Assembly: GCA_030648035.1 (NCBI GenBank)
Contig: JAUSII010000122.1
Coordinates: 24,537 to 88,536, forward strand
DNA length: 64,000 nucleotides
Source of the DNA: Deltaproteobacteria bacterium
GTDB taxonomy: Bacteria; UBA10199; SPLOWO2-01-44-7
Reading direction: 5' to 3'
Numbering within the stretch: position 1 is the first letter of the stretch; every line of letters begins with the position of its first letter. The notes under the pieces were generated by a model. The model had not been told where the DNA came from and did no database searches. It saw nothing but the letters and a program-made list of their open reading frames with translations. The translations under genes were made by a program, and so were the position numbers. Below, one piece after another: positions 31,101 through 38,403 of this stretch.

Positions 31101-31572
31101 CGGTGGCTCACTGGGCCGTCACATTGTTCTGGCCAAGGGGGGACAACTGGCTACCAATAACGATTCTTCTGATTATTCCATGGCGATTGATCCGCGTTCC
31201 AATCAGAATTTCAAGATGGTTTTTGGAACGCGGGGCGAAGAATGTTCCGTCACCAACAATTCTGTCGGATCGGGTGCGCCCCATTTTATCGCGGGCAGTT
31301 ACGATAACCAAACCATCAGTTGCTATCTTGACGGAGCGGCCGGCAACCCTTTCTCATTTATATTCAGCACCGACATTCCCAACAACACCCCCAGCGTGCG
31401 TATCGGAGCCGATACTTCAGCGGCCTCCACCTCCACTTATTTCAAGGGAGCATTGGACGATGTGATTCTTCGAAACGTTGTTTCTACCGAAGCGGCCATG
31501 GAACTCAACTTCTGCGCCATCAAGGGACTGACATTACAGCAGGGCGAAACCATGCCGACTTTGTGCCAGTAA
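28162..31572 (+). CDS. giant lipoprotein with >15 MopE-like Cys-rich 'CDGxDNDCDGxTDE' repeats, FN3-like region and C-terminal LamG/ConA-like domain
   Basis: Lipobox LTGC. Repeated Cx(2)CDGxDNDCDGxTDE units include two near-identical ~135-bp tandem copies at ~29850-30110. C-terminus is LamG_3-like. Confidence 0.8.
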   Translation: MAYDFKNDVRPKPFSNGLLRSYQTGAESHPNQNHDVLQTAASGYQHKTPALWERILLSQPGLVLGFALFAVLTGCTSDTSPGSPASPSPTTTPTPQPVDAGVSEEPCTPSQEFCDGQDNDCDGETDEDYAERTQTCGKGACANTQPVCANGKAQPCYAFDENSSPEICDAIDNDCDGYTDEQFDLGTKMVGEGECRRRVDNCRDGQTNNPDPLQGAISESCDRLDNDCDGATDEELGETSCGLGECEHSISNCLHGALQYCDPLQHRQEERCDGLDNDCDGSTDEELYRPYYSGRPGTMGIGACHSGMAVCINGLMDNNFLVENTARPEVCNGADDDCNGRVDDVNIPEICNSLDDDCDGDTDENIRNCLRGEICNPQPEICNGRDDDCDDFVDENLTENFYPESDFPLTAGIGPCLAGLRMCIGERWMPVSSPITPHAEMCDGIDNDCNGEVDNDLGIFPCGLGDCRHMIAVCENSTLQFCTPDEAVLGAAEETCDNSDNDCDGTIDENIFREGRYPGPEESRDVGLCRPALESCIFEEWREVSSPIVPALESCDLQDNDCDGLADETADLGTTTCGLGPCENTVDNCIGGALQVCAPLDVAFPEACDTLDNDCDGASDETADLGTTTCGLGACEHTADNCFKGALQLCNPMEGASLEACNSIDDDCDAGTDEVEDLGRSTCGVTPCENTVDNCVNGVINACDPFLGSSGETCDNIDNDCDSETDETADLGQTSCGFGACQNTEDNCVDNQPHGCTPLNNSSLEICADGVDNNCNGQTDELSVAPSPTHPLAAGPYPATRIYFSWSPLVAVNPPSYELCWTTGGIAAIDTTNECPNRTVVSGKSFHVLENVTPNATHIWKVRALCKASGVETAPYSVPRAFSVDDSLIAWYKFNANGNGIETDYSGHLYNGNWVGTNLATPPRLGNGSFCNSMAMGHVLTGALCLDGGDDYLAVPARTDFNLTYEVSAMAYLHPNVATTGGSLGRHIVLAKGGQLATNNDSSDYSMAIDPRSNQNFKMVFGTRGEECSVTNNSVGSGAPHFIAGSYDNQTISCYLDGAAGNPFSFIFSTDIPNNTPSVRIGADTSAASTSTYFKGALDDVILRNVVSTEAAMELNFCAIKGLTLQQGETMPTLCQ

Positions 31573-31573
31573 A

Positions 31574-32428
31574 TTAATTATTTCCGCCCAGAATAATCGG
31601 GAGCCCATCTTTGCCACTGCCAATCACGACCACTTTGCTGTTTTGGCTGTCGGCCAGTTTCGAAGTGGCTTCGATCCCCTTCCAACGCAAAAACAAATCG
31701 GTCAAACCGCTGGTGACGATGCGCTGAAAGTCGGCGATCCCTTGCGCTTCAACCCGTTTGCGATCGGCCTCTTGTGCCTCTTTGTTCAGCACAAACTTCA
31801 TCTGCTCTGATTGTTGTTCCGCTTCCAGTTTCTTTTCAATCGCTGTTGCCAGAATCGGCGGGAGTGTGGCGCTTCTTAACAAAACTTTTTCAACGGTGAC
31901 ACCCCGCTCCAACAACAGGGGTTGCAAATGTTCAAACATTTCGTTGGCGACCATCTCCCGTTCGGAAGTGTAAAGAGCCTTTGCTTCATAACCAGCGGTG
32001 ACACCCCGCACGATGGAACGAAGCTGGGGAATCACCACGACCCGAACATAATCGGGGCCGATGGTTCTGTAAACCTGGGCCGCTTTTTCAGGATTCAGGC
32101 TGGCCAACAGCGAAATATCCAGATGGACGTTCAACCCCTCTTTGGAAGGAACGTTGGCCTCTTCTTTCACCTCTTCCGTCCGAATCGACATTTTATGAAT
32201 TCTGACCAGTGGGTTGACAATATGAATACCGGCGGCCAACGGCTGATCTGAAACCTTTCCGAAAAAATCTTTCAACCCGACATGGCCGGCGGGGATAACG
32301 GTGATCATCTGCGGCAAAACAAAAATCCCCAAAATCACTGCAACGATCAAAATAATTTTTCCTTTTCCACCCGGGAAAAGATTTTTGAGATACCTTTGCA
32401 GATCAGCGATTTCGTTATTGCCATTCAT
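31574..32428 (-). CDS. SPFH/band-7 (prohibitin/stomatin-like) membrane protein
   Basis: N-terminal TM followed by an SPFH domain. AGGGGGG RBS before the chosen start. Confidence 0.8.
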   Translation of the reverse strand: MNGNNEIADLQRYLKNLFPGGKGKIILIVAVILGIFVLPQMITVIPAGHVGLKDFFGKVSDQPLAAGIHIVNPLVRIHKMSIRTEEVKEEANVPSKEGLNVHLDISLLASLNPEKAAQVYRTIGPDYVRVVVIPQLRSIVRGVTAGYEAKALYTSEREMVANEMFEHLQPLLLERGVTVEKVLLRSATLPPILATAIEKKLEAEQQSEQMKFVLNKEAQEADRKRVEAQGIADFQRIVTSGLTDLFLRWKGIEATSKLADSQNSKVVVIGSGKDGLPIILGGNN

Positions 32429-32542
32429 CTGGAACCCCCCTTTGCGTTTGTTTGGAACAAAACGGGGTGACGTTGGCACAAGCCGAAACAAAAGGCGACA
32501 TGGAAAATCGTGAGAAAAAAAGTATCTTTATCCGGATAAAAA

Positions 32543-32992
32543 TTGCAGAGTAGGGAAATGCAAACACTCAAGAAAAAGATATTCATCGTCGATGACCACC
32601 CGATCGTCAGGGGTGGTCTTGCCCAACTCATCAATCAGGAAGAGGATATGATGTCTGTCGGTGAAGCGGGAAATGCCACAGAAGCGATTCAGGGGATTGA
32701 AAAATTAAAACCCGATCTGGTGCTCATGGATATCTCTCTGGAAGGCTCCAACGGAATAGAACTGACCAAAGGCATTCTGGCGGAACACCCCGAAATATGC
32801 GTGTTGATCATTTCGATGTATGACGAATCTCTCTATCTGGAGTCTGCCTTGCGGGCCGGGGCAAAAGGTTATCTGACAAAGCAACTGGCGTCAGATCATG
32901 TAGTCGTCGCCATTCGCACGGTTCTGAAAGGCGATATTTACATCAGCGATAAGTGGAAAGACAAGCTCACTGACAGCAAAAAACCCCTCTAG
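32543..32992 (+). CDS. receiver-domain-only response regulator (NarL/FixJ-type REC without HTH)
   Basis: Aligns to the REC domain of the full-length LuxR regulator at 42394-43068 (IFIVDDHPIVRGGLAQLINQE...), but stops after the REC. The stop codon lies inside motif P1. Confidence 0.8.
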   Translation: MQSREMQTLKKKIFIVDDHPIVRGGLAQLINQEEDMMSVGEAGNATEAIQGIEKLKPDLVLMDISLEGSNGIELTKGILAEHPEICVLIISMYDESLYLESALRAGAKGYLTKQLASDHVVVAIRTVLKGDIYISDKWKDKLTDSKKPL

Positions 32993-33035
32993 GGTAATCC
33001 CCCAGTCAAAAACCGTGTCTCCCCCGATTGTTCAC
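32990..33035 (+). promoter_or_regulatory. regulon motif copy P1 (TAGGGTAATCCCCCAGTCAAAAACCGTGTCTCCCCCGATTGTTCACCC)
   Basis: 70 bp upstream of 33106, in sense orientation. Confidence 0.7.
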
Positions 33036-33105
33036 CCACCCCCACCCCTGTAAGCTCGTCGTATAGATCAGAGTAGCGATCAAAAAAATAAAGGGGGGTA
33101 AATTT

Positions 33106-34923
33106 ATGAGAGTCCGCAAAAAGTTATTCACGAAGTTGCTCACGAAGTTGTTGGTGTCTTTGTCTCTGTCTCTGGCCACTCTGGTAACAGGTTGTGGCGG
33201 GAGTGATGGCGGAGGAGGGGTAGCAGGAACAACCACCGCCCTGGCCAACGTCGTTGTCCCCACTGTAAGTTCCACAAACCCTGCTGATGGTGATGTCGGT
33301 GTATTCATCAACAGAAAGGTGACTGCGGTATTCAGTGAGGATATGGACCCTGCAACCATCGACGACACAGTCTTTGTTTTAAACCAGGGAAGCGTGCCTG
33401 TTTCAGGTGTTGTAACCGCATCGGGTAACGCGGCCACCTTCACGCCCACAGGCAACTTGGGGATAAGCACCGTCTATACGGCAACGATCACGACCGGAGC
33501 CACCAGCTTGGCAGGTAATGGATTGGCCGCCAGTGAAGTATGGAGTTTTACGACAGGGACGACGGCAGATTCCACCGCCCCAACGGTGAGTTCCACAAAC
33601 CCGGTCAACGCGGCCACAGGTGTGGCCATCAACAGTACAGTCGCCGCATCCTTTAGCGAAGAGATGGATCCCCTGACGCTCACGACCTCCACTTTTCAAG
33701 TTTCAGGTCCTGACTCCGTTCTTGTCGCGGGGACGGTCAGCTATGCTTTGGTAGGCAACGTCGCAACCTTTACTCCCACAAGCAGTCTTGCAGTCAACAC
33801 CCTATTTACAGCAACAATCTCTACCGGTGCCAAAGACCTCGCGGGCAATGCGTTGGATTCCAGTAATGTATGGAGCTTTACAACAGGTGCAGTGGCGGAC
33901 AGTGTCGCCCCCACCGTCAGTTCCACCAACCCTGCTGATGCCGATGTGAGTGTGGCTCTTAACAAGACAATCTCCGCCACCTTCAGTGAGTCGATGAACG
34001 CCGCAACAATCACCACGGCAAACTACACATTGGCAGGGCCCGGCGCGGTTCCCGTCACAGGAACAGTCGACTATGTTTTGGCAACCAACATTGTAACCTT
34101 TACTCCCGCAAGCAATCTCGCACCGAGCACCTTATTTACAGCAACGATCAGCACCGGTGCCAAGGATCTCGCGGGGAATGCATTGGCTTCCAATAAAGTG
34201 TGGACCTTTACATCAGGGACAGAAGCGGCTCAGACTGTCGCTCAAACAGTAGTCCCCCTTGGATCGTCTTCCACCTTCGCGATTCTGGCTTCTGCGGCAA
34301 TCACCAGTATCCCGACTTCATCCGTTATCGGAGATATCGGTCTGACCCCGGATGCCGGATCCAATCTCACCGGGTTAACATGTTCAGAAATAACAGGCAC
34401 AGTCTACGTCACCAGTGCGGGTGGCAGTACTCTCGCCTGTCAGACCATCAGCGCGAGCATTCTCGATACCGCCAAAACCGATGCGGCCACTGCGTTCACC
34501 AATGCCAGGGACGCTGTTCGCGGAACACCTGCATCCATATCGGGCAATCTGAATGGTCTCACGCTGTATCCCGGGCTGTATGAATCGGGCACCTCGCTTG
34601 AGATATCCGCTGGCGGCATCCTTTATCTGGATGCTCAAGGCGATGCGGATGCCATCTTCGTCATCCGGAGTGAAACCTCCATCACCACACTGTCCACAAG
34701 CCAGATCGTCTTGACCAAAGGCGCAAAGGCCAACAACGTCTACTGGACAGCGGGAAGTGCGGTGACTCTGGGAGCCAACTCGATCATGAAGGGAACTTTC
34801 ATCGCGGGTACTGCGCTCACACTGCAGACCGGTGCAAACCTGGAAGGAAGAGCGTTGAACCAGGGTGCATCCGCCGCGGCGATTTCACTCGACGCCAGCA
34901 CTATTACCGTGCCTTCACCGTAG
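33106..34923 (+). CDS. secreted protein: 4 bacterial Ig-like (SbsA/Big_5-type) repeats + C-terminal DUF3494 ice-binding-like domain
   Basis: Lipobox/signal VTGCGG. Repeats APTVSSTNP...FTPxxNLAxxTLFTATIxTGAKDLAGNAL. C-terminal FAILASAAIT...GNLNGLTLYPGLYESG...NVYWTAGSAVTLGANS matches the DUF3494/IBP fold signature. Confidence 0.85.
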   Translation: MRVRKKLFTKLLTKLLVSLSLSLATLVTGCGGSDGGGGVAGTTTALANVVVPTVSSTNPADGDVGVFINRKVTAVFSEDMDPATIDDTVFVLNQGSVPVSGVVTASGNAATFTPTGNLGISTVYTATITTGATSLAGNGLAASEVWSFTTGTTADSTAPTVSSTNPVNAATGVAINSTVAASFSEEMDPLTLTTSTFQVSGPDSVLVAGTVSYALVGNVATFTPTSSLAVNTLFTATISTGAKDLAGNALDSSNVWSFTTGAVADSVAPTVSSTNPADADVSVALNKTISATFSESMNAATITTANYTLAGPGAVPVTGTVDYVLATNIVTFTPASNLAPSTLFTATISTGAKDLAGNALASNKVWTFTSGTEAAQTVAQTVVPLGSSSTFAILASAAITSIPTSSVIGDIGLTPDAGSNLTGLTCSEITGTVYVTSAGGSTLACQTISASILDTAKTDAATAFTNARDAVRGTPASISGNLNGLTLYPGLYESGTSLEISAGGILYLDAQGDADAIFVIRSETSITTLSTSQIVLTKGAKANNVYWTAGSAVTLGANSIMKGTFIAGTALTLQTGANLEGRALNQGASAAAISLDASTITVPSP

Positions 34924-34952
34924 GTACCCAGTGAACGCATAAGTTTTATGAA

Positions 34953-34989
34953 AACCCCCTGCACCGAAAGGTGCAGGGGGTTTTTATTT
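34953..34989 (+). terminator. rho-independent terminator (CCCCCTGCACC-GAAA-GGTGCAGGGGG + T-run)
   Basis: 11-bp GC-rich stem, GAAA loop, then TTTTTATTT. Confidence 0.85.
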
Positions 34990-35007
34990 GTGTCTTCGCG
35001 TCATCTT

Positions 35008-35044
35008 ACTCCCCCCCCTTTGAAAAAGGGGGGTTAGGGGGGGA
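35008..35044. repeat. G/C-tract palindrome (C8TTTGAAAAAG6-type), copy R1
   Basis: CCCCCCCCTTTGAAAAAGGGGGG; related to the copies at 35236, 35679 and 37472. Confidence 0.7.
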
Positions 35045-35053
35045 TTTAATCTC

Positions 35054-35305
35054 ATGCTCGAATACGATGCCAATTTGAAAAAATACTCACGACTACTTAG
35101 AAACAAAATGACAGATAGTGAGCGCAAGCTGTGGTCTCGGCTTCGCAAAAAACAGATTTTAACCGTGTTGCGTTTTGACAATTTAAAGGTGTTGCAAGAG
35201 ATGGATGGAGTCATGAGAACGGTTGGCGGGAGAAAATCCCCCCTGCCCCCCCTTTTTCAAAGGGGGGGAATAAAATGCACACACACTACCGGTCTCTTTT
35301 TATAA
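35054..35305 (+). pseudogene. truncated DUF559 (Vsr-like endonuclease domain) gene fragment
   Basis: N-terminus LLRNKMTDSERKLWSRLRKKQ matches the DUF559 N-terminus. The frame then runs into the G/C-tract palindrome (translated PLPPLFQRGG) with no catalytic half. Confidence 0.5.
35236..35290. repeat. G/C-tract palindrome CCCCCCCTTTTTCAAAGGGGGGG + AATGCACACAC tail, copy R2
   Basis: Shares the palindrome and the AATGCACAC(A/G)C tail with R3 and R4. Confidence 0.7.
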
Positions 35306-35567
35306 TCTGAATTTTGCATTCTTCTGCAATTTGAAGCAGACAATCCCAGATTGCTTTGTTGGGTCCTATTACAGTTAGTTGGTTGTCTTGTCTCCCGGCA
35401 ATCACTGGCACTACTTCATCTCCAAAGGAGGAGCCCAGCGAGGTAACTCCTCTAAAATCAAGCTCAACAGGATATTCCAGCGTCAGATTCAACTCTTCGA
35501 TTGTTTGTTTGCCAAACCCTCTTCCTGTAAGAATCGTTCCATATTTGCTCATATCCAATATGTTCAT
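35286..35567 (-). CDS. DUF4325/STAS-like small protein (putative partner-switching component)
   Basis: 93 aa with GRGFGKQTIEEL...LDFRGVTSLGSSFGDEV, resembling the DUF4325 STAS-like family that usually sits next to HATPase proteins. Confidence 0.45.
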   Translation of the reverse strand: MNILDMSKYGTILTGRGFGKQTIEELNLTLEYPVELDFRGVTSLGSSFGDEVVPVIAGRQDNQLTVIGPNKAIWDCLLQIAEECKIQIIKRDR

Positions 35568-35678
35568 AATTCTGAAATCCTCTTTTTACAAAACTTTACA
35601 ATATATTTTATAAGTTAATGTATTTCATGTGTTTTTAAGACTGAATGTCAGGATGACTCCGTAGGGCACATTTTTGAA

Positions 35679-35725
35679 TTCCCCCCCTTTTTCAAAGGGG
35701 GGAGTAAAAAGTAAAATGCACACTC
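35679..35725. repeat. G/C-tract palindrome copy R3, flanked by a 40-bp direct repeat (35627-35672 / 35738-35783)
   Basis: CCCCCCCTTTTTCAAAGGGGGGAGTAAAAAGTAAAATGCACAC; the flanking direct repeat is TTTTTAAGA..GTCAGGATGACTCCGT.GGG.A. Confidence 0.7.
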
Positions 35726-35740
35726 ATTACTCATGCCCGG

Positions 35741-37417
35741 TTAAGGAATGTTTTTAAGAATGCAAGTCAGGATGACTCCGTGGGGTATGTTGGGTTCCAC
35801 TTGAAAAGAGGCGCCTATGATGTGGGCACGGTTTTTCATGATCTTCAAGCCGATGCCTTTTGCATTTTGAGGATCCCCTACAAATCCTGTCCCTGCATCT
35901 TTGATGGTGAGGACAATGTTGCCGTTATTTCGAATGAAGCTGACATCGATCTCTTTGGCCTTCCCATGTTTGATCGCATTGACAATCCCCTCCTGCGCGA
36001 TTTTATAAATATGCGTGGCGACATCATTCTTGCTGATGAGAATGGGCTCGGGACAATAAAACCGGCACGAAACACCCGAAAGAGTCTGGTTGGCAGTCAA
36101 CTCTTCCAGCATATACATCAGGGAATTTCCTTCCAGCTCCCCCGGATAGAGGCCCCTCGCGGTATCCCGCGCCTGACTGGCGGCCCCATTGAGCAGGTCT
36201 GAAACTTTTTTCAAATCCGCCACGTCCAGATGTTTTCCCCTTTCCTTCTTTTGGGTGAGACTTTTCATCACCATCATGATCCCCGCCAGATCCTGGCAAA
36301 GACCGTCGTGAAGTTGTGCCCCAAAACATCTCTGCTCCGTATGGGTAATCTCCAATATTTCTTTGTTACTTTTAAGCAGTTCGGCGGTTCTTTCCTGAAC
36401 GCGCATTTCCATCTCTTCAAAAATAATCTGCAACCGCTCTTCCGCTTCTTTTCTCACAATAAATTGGCCCACCTGACCGCCAATGGTATCAAAGGTCTGC
36501 AACAACTCCTTATCAAAGCTTTTGCTCTCGATGCTGAAAAACTCCATGACCCCCAACATCTTTTTGCCCAGGCAAATCGGGAAAGCGACAGCACTCTTGA
36601 GACCCGCTTTCATCGCATGAGGAATACGTGAAAAATGGGGCGACTGGGCAAGATCGATGATCCAGCGCGGCTTTCCGCTCTCCCAGACTTCACATGGCAA
36701 TTCAACACCCTGCAAAAGTAGCGGCTTCTGATTGATTGCGAAAAACTCGGGGGCTTTTACCGAAGGGGAAAACCACGTCTGGTCGCAACGAATCTGGTGG
36801 GAGTCCGTATCCAGCATCCAGAAATTGCCGACGGCCCAACCCAGATTCTCTCCGATCGACTGGAGCACTTTTGGAAGGGCCTTTGCTGTGCCGGGAGCAA
36901 CGGCCAAAATCTGGCTGATCAGAAATTCGGTTTCGCGTTTGGCACTGGACTGACTCAATTGCTCCAACATGTTGGTGATTGTTTCGAGCTGATTTTCAAG
37001 CTCCCTTTTCTGCCGGTAAATCTCAATAAAAATATTCGCCTTGCTCCGGACCATGTGGGAGTCGAGCGGCTTGAGGAGAAAATCGACCGCGCCACTTTCA
37101 TAACCCTTGAACAAGAAGCCCTGGTCCTGGTCGGTCGCGGTGACAAAGATAATCGGAATGCTCCTGGTTTTTTTCGCCCCTCGCATGAGTTCAGCCAGTT
37201 CAAAGCCACTCATGCCGGGCATTTGCACATCAATGAGCGCCAGGGCAAATTCATCGCGCATCATAAACTCCAACGCCTCGGTTCCAGATTTGGCTTTGAA
37301 AATGGCGAGATCATCGCGCTTGAGCAATCCTTCCAGGGCAAGCAGATTGTCTTGCAGATCATCAACGAGGAGGATCTTGATCTGATTGGCATTTTTTTTC
37401 TTGTTTGGGTTCATCAT
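35741..37417 (-). CDS. hybrid REC-GAF-histidine kinase (HisKA_3/NarX-type HK)
   Basis: N-terminal receiver (ILLVDDLQDN...ALIDVQMPGMSG), GAF domain, an HisKA_3-type phospho-accepting His region, and HATPase (GIGLKIM). Confidence 0.85.
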   Translation of the reverse strand: MMNPNKKKNANQIKILLVDDLQDNLLALEGLLKRDDLAIFKAKSGTEALEFMMRDEFALALIDVQMPGMSGFELAELMRGAKKTRSIPIIFVTATDQDQGFLFKGYESGAVDFLLKPLDSHMVRSKANIFIEIYRQKRELENQLETITNMLEQLSQSSAKRETEFLISQILAVAPGTAKALPKVLQSIGENLGWAVGNFWMLDTDSHQIRCDQTWFSPSVKAPEFFAINQKPLLLQGVELPCEVWESGKPRWIIDLAQSPHFSRIPHAMKAGLKSAVAFPICLGKKMLGVMEFFSIESKSFDKELLQTFDTIGGQVGQFIVRKEAEERLQIIFEEMEMRVQERTAELLKSNKEILEITHTEQRCFGAQLHDGLCQDLAGIMMVMKSLTQKKERGKHLDVADLKKVSDLLNGAASQARDTARGLYPGELEGNSLMYMLEELTANQTLSGVSCRFYCPEPILISKNDVATHIYKIAQEGIVNAIKHGKAKEIDVSFIRNNGNIVLTIKDAGTGFVGDPQNAKGIGLKIMKNRAHIIGASFQVEPNIPHGVILTCILKNIP

Positions 37418-37471
37418 TATTATTTATGGATCATCGTGGAATCGAGTCGGTAAAAATGGTGGCCCTGTGAA

Positions 37472-37522
37472 ATCCCCCCTTACCCCCCTTTTTCAAAGGG
37501 GGGAGTGAAATGCACACGCATT
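37472..37522. repeat. G/C-tract palindrome copy R4
   Basis: CCCCCCTTTTTCAAAGGGGGGAGTGAAATGCACACGC. Confidence 0.7.
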
Positions 37523-37542
37523 CTTGCCCGCTTCTATTCAGC

Positions 37543-38403
37543 TCATTTCTTTTGAAAAATACGGTCCTTTTTTACAAAAGGATCAAAATATTTTGCATAT
37601 TGTGAAAACTGAATCGTCTCCTTGGCGCCCACACCCAAAAAACCTTTCCGGCAAAGCGACTCGTGAAAAAGTCCAAAGGCCCTGTCTTGCAGTTCGCGAT
37701 CAAAATAGATAAGCACATTCCGGCACGAGATCAACTGTGTTTCCATAAACACCGCATCGGTCACGAGACTATGATCTGCGAAGGTGATTTTTTTCTTCAA
37801 AATACTTTTGAATTTCGCCAGATTATCCGTTGCCGTGTAGTAGTCCGAAAGCGACCGCTTTCCACCCGACTTCTGGTAGTTCTCGGCGAAGCTCTGGATC
37901 ATTTTCAATTTAAAAACACCCTTTTCAGCTTTTTCAAGACTTCTGGGGTTGATATCAGTTGCATACAGGGTTGTGCGCGAAAGCAACCCCTCTTCCTGCA
38001 GCAGAATCGCAAGCGAATAGACCTCTTCTCCCGTACTGCATCCGGCGACCCAGACTTTGAGGGAAGGATAGGTTTTGAGCAATGGAAATACTTTTTGCCT
38101 CAACGCCAGAAAATAAGTGGGGTCGCGAAACATCTCGCTCACAGGAATCGTGAGAGATTCAATCAGATCATGGAAAAAATCAGAATCTTGGAGGATTTTT
38201 TTTTGAAGTATCGGGAGGGTGCCGCACCCCATCCGCTCCATCGCATGCACCATCGTTCGTTTCATCGAAGCGGGCGAATAATGCCGAAAATCGTAGTCGT
38301 ATTTAAGATTGATCGCCTCAAGCATGAGCTTCAGTTCGATCTCAAATTGCGGGTTCAGAATCCGTTCCATAAGCCTTAATTGCGCCCCAAGCTTGGCGTC
38401 CAA
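37543..38403 (-). CDS. CheR-type protein-glutamate O-methyltransferase
   Basis: CheR N-terminal helical domain plus SAM-binding core VWVAGCSTGEEVYSLAILL. The 3' end overlaps the start of the giant HK by 28 nt. Confidence 0.85.
   Translation of the reverse strand: MDAKLGAQLRLMERILNPQFEIELKLMLEAINLKYDYDFRHYSPASMKRTMVHAMERMGCGTLPILQKKILQDSDFFHDLIESLTIPVSEMFRDPTYFLALRQKVFPLLKTYPSLKVWVAGCSTGEEVYSLAILLQEEGLLSRTTLYATDINPRSLEKAEKGVFKLKMIQSFAENYQKSGGKRSLSDYYTATDNLAKFKSILKKKITFADHSLVTDAVFMETQLISCRNVLIYFDRELQDRAFGLFHESLCRKGFLGVGAKETIQFSQYAKYFDPFVKKDRIFQKK

Noticed and set aside
33403-34016. Minus-strand ORFs inside the ice-binding-like gene, and similarly 48362-49537 inside its paralog
   Set aside because: Ala/Thr/Val-rich shadow frames of the Ig-like repeats.
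35008-37522. CRISPR array (because of the clustered short repeats)
   Set aside because: Repeats are palindromic G/C tracts with irregular spacing (0.2-1.8 kb) and protein genes between them. There are no uniform spacers and no cas genes.
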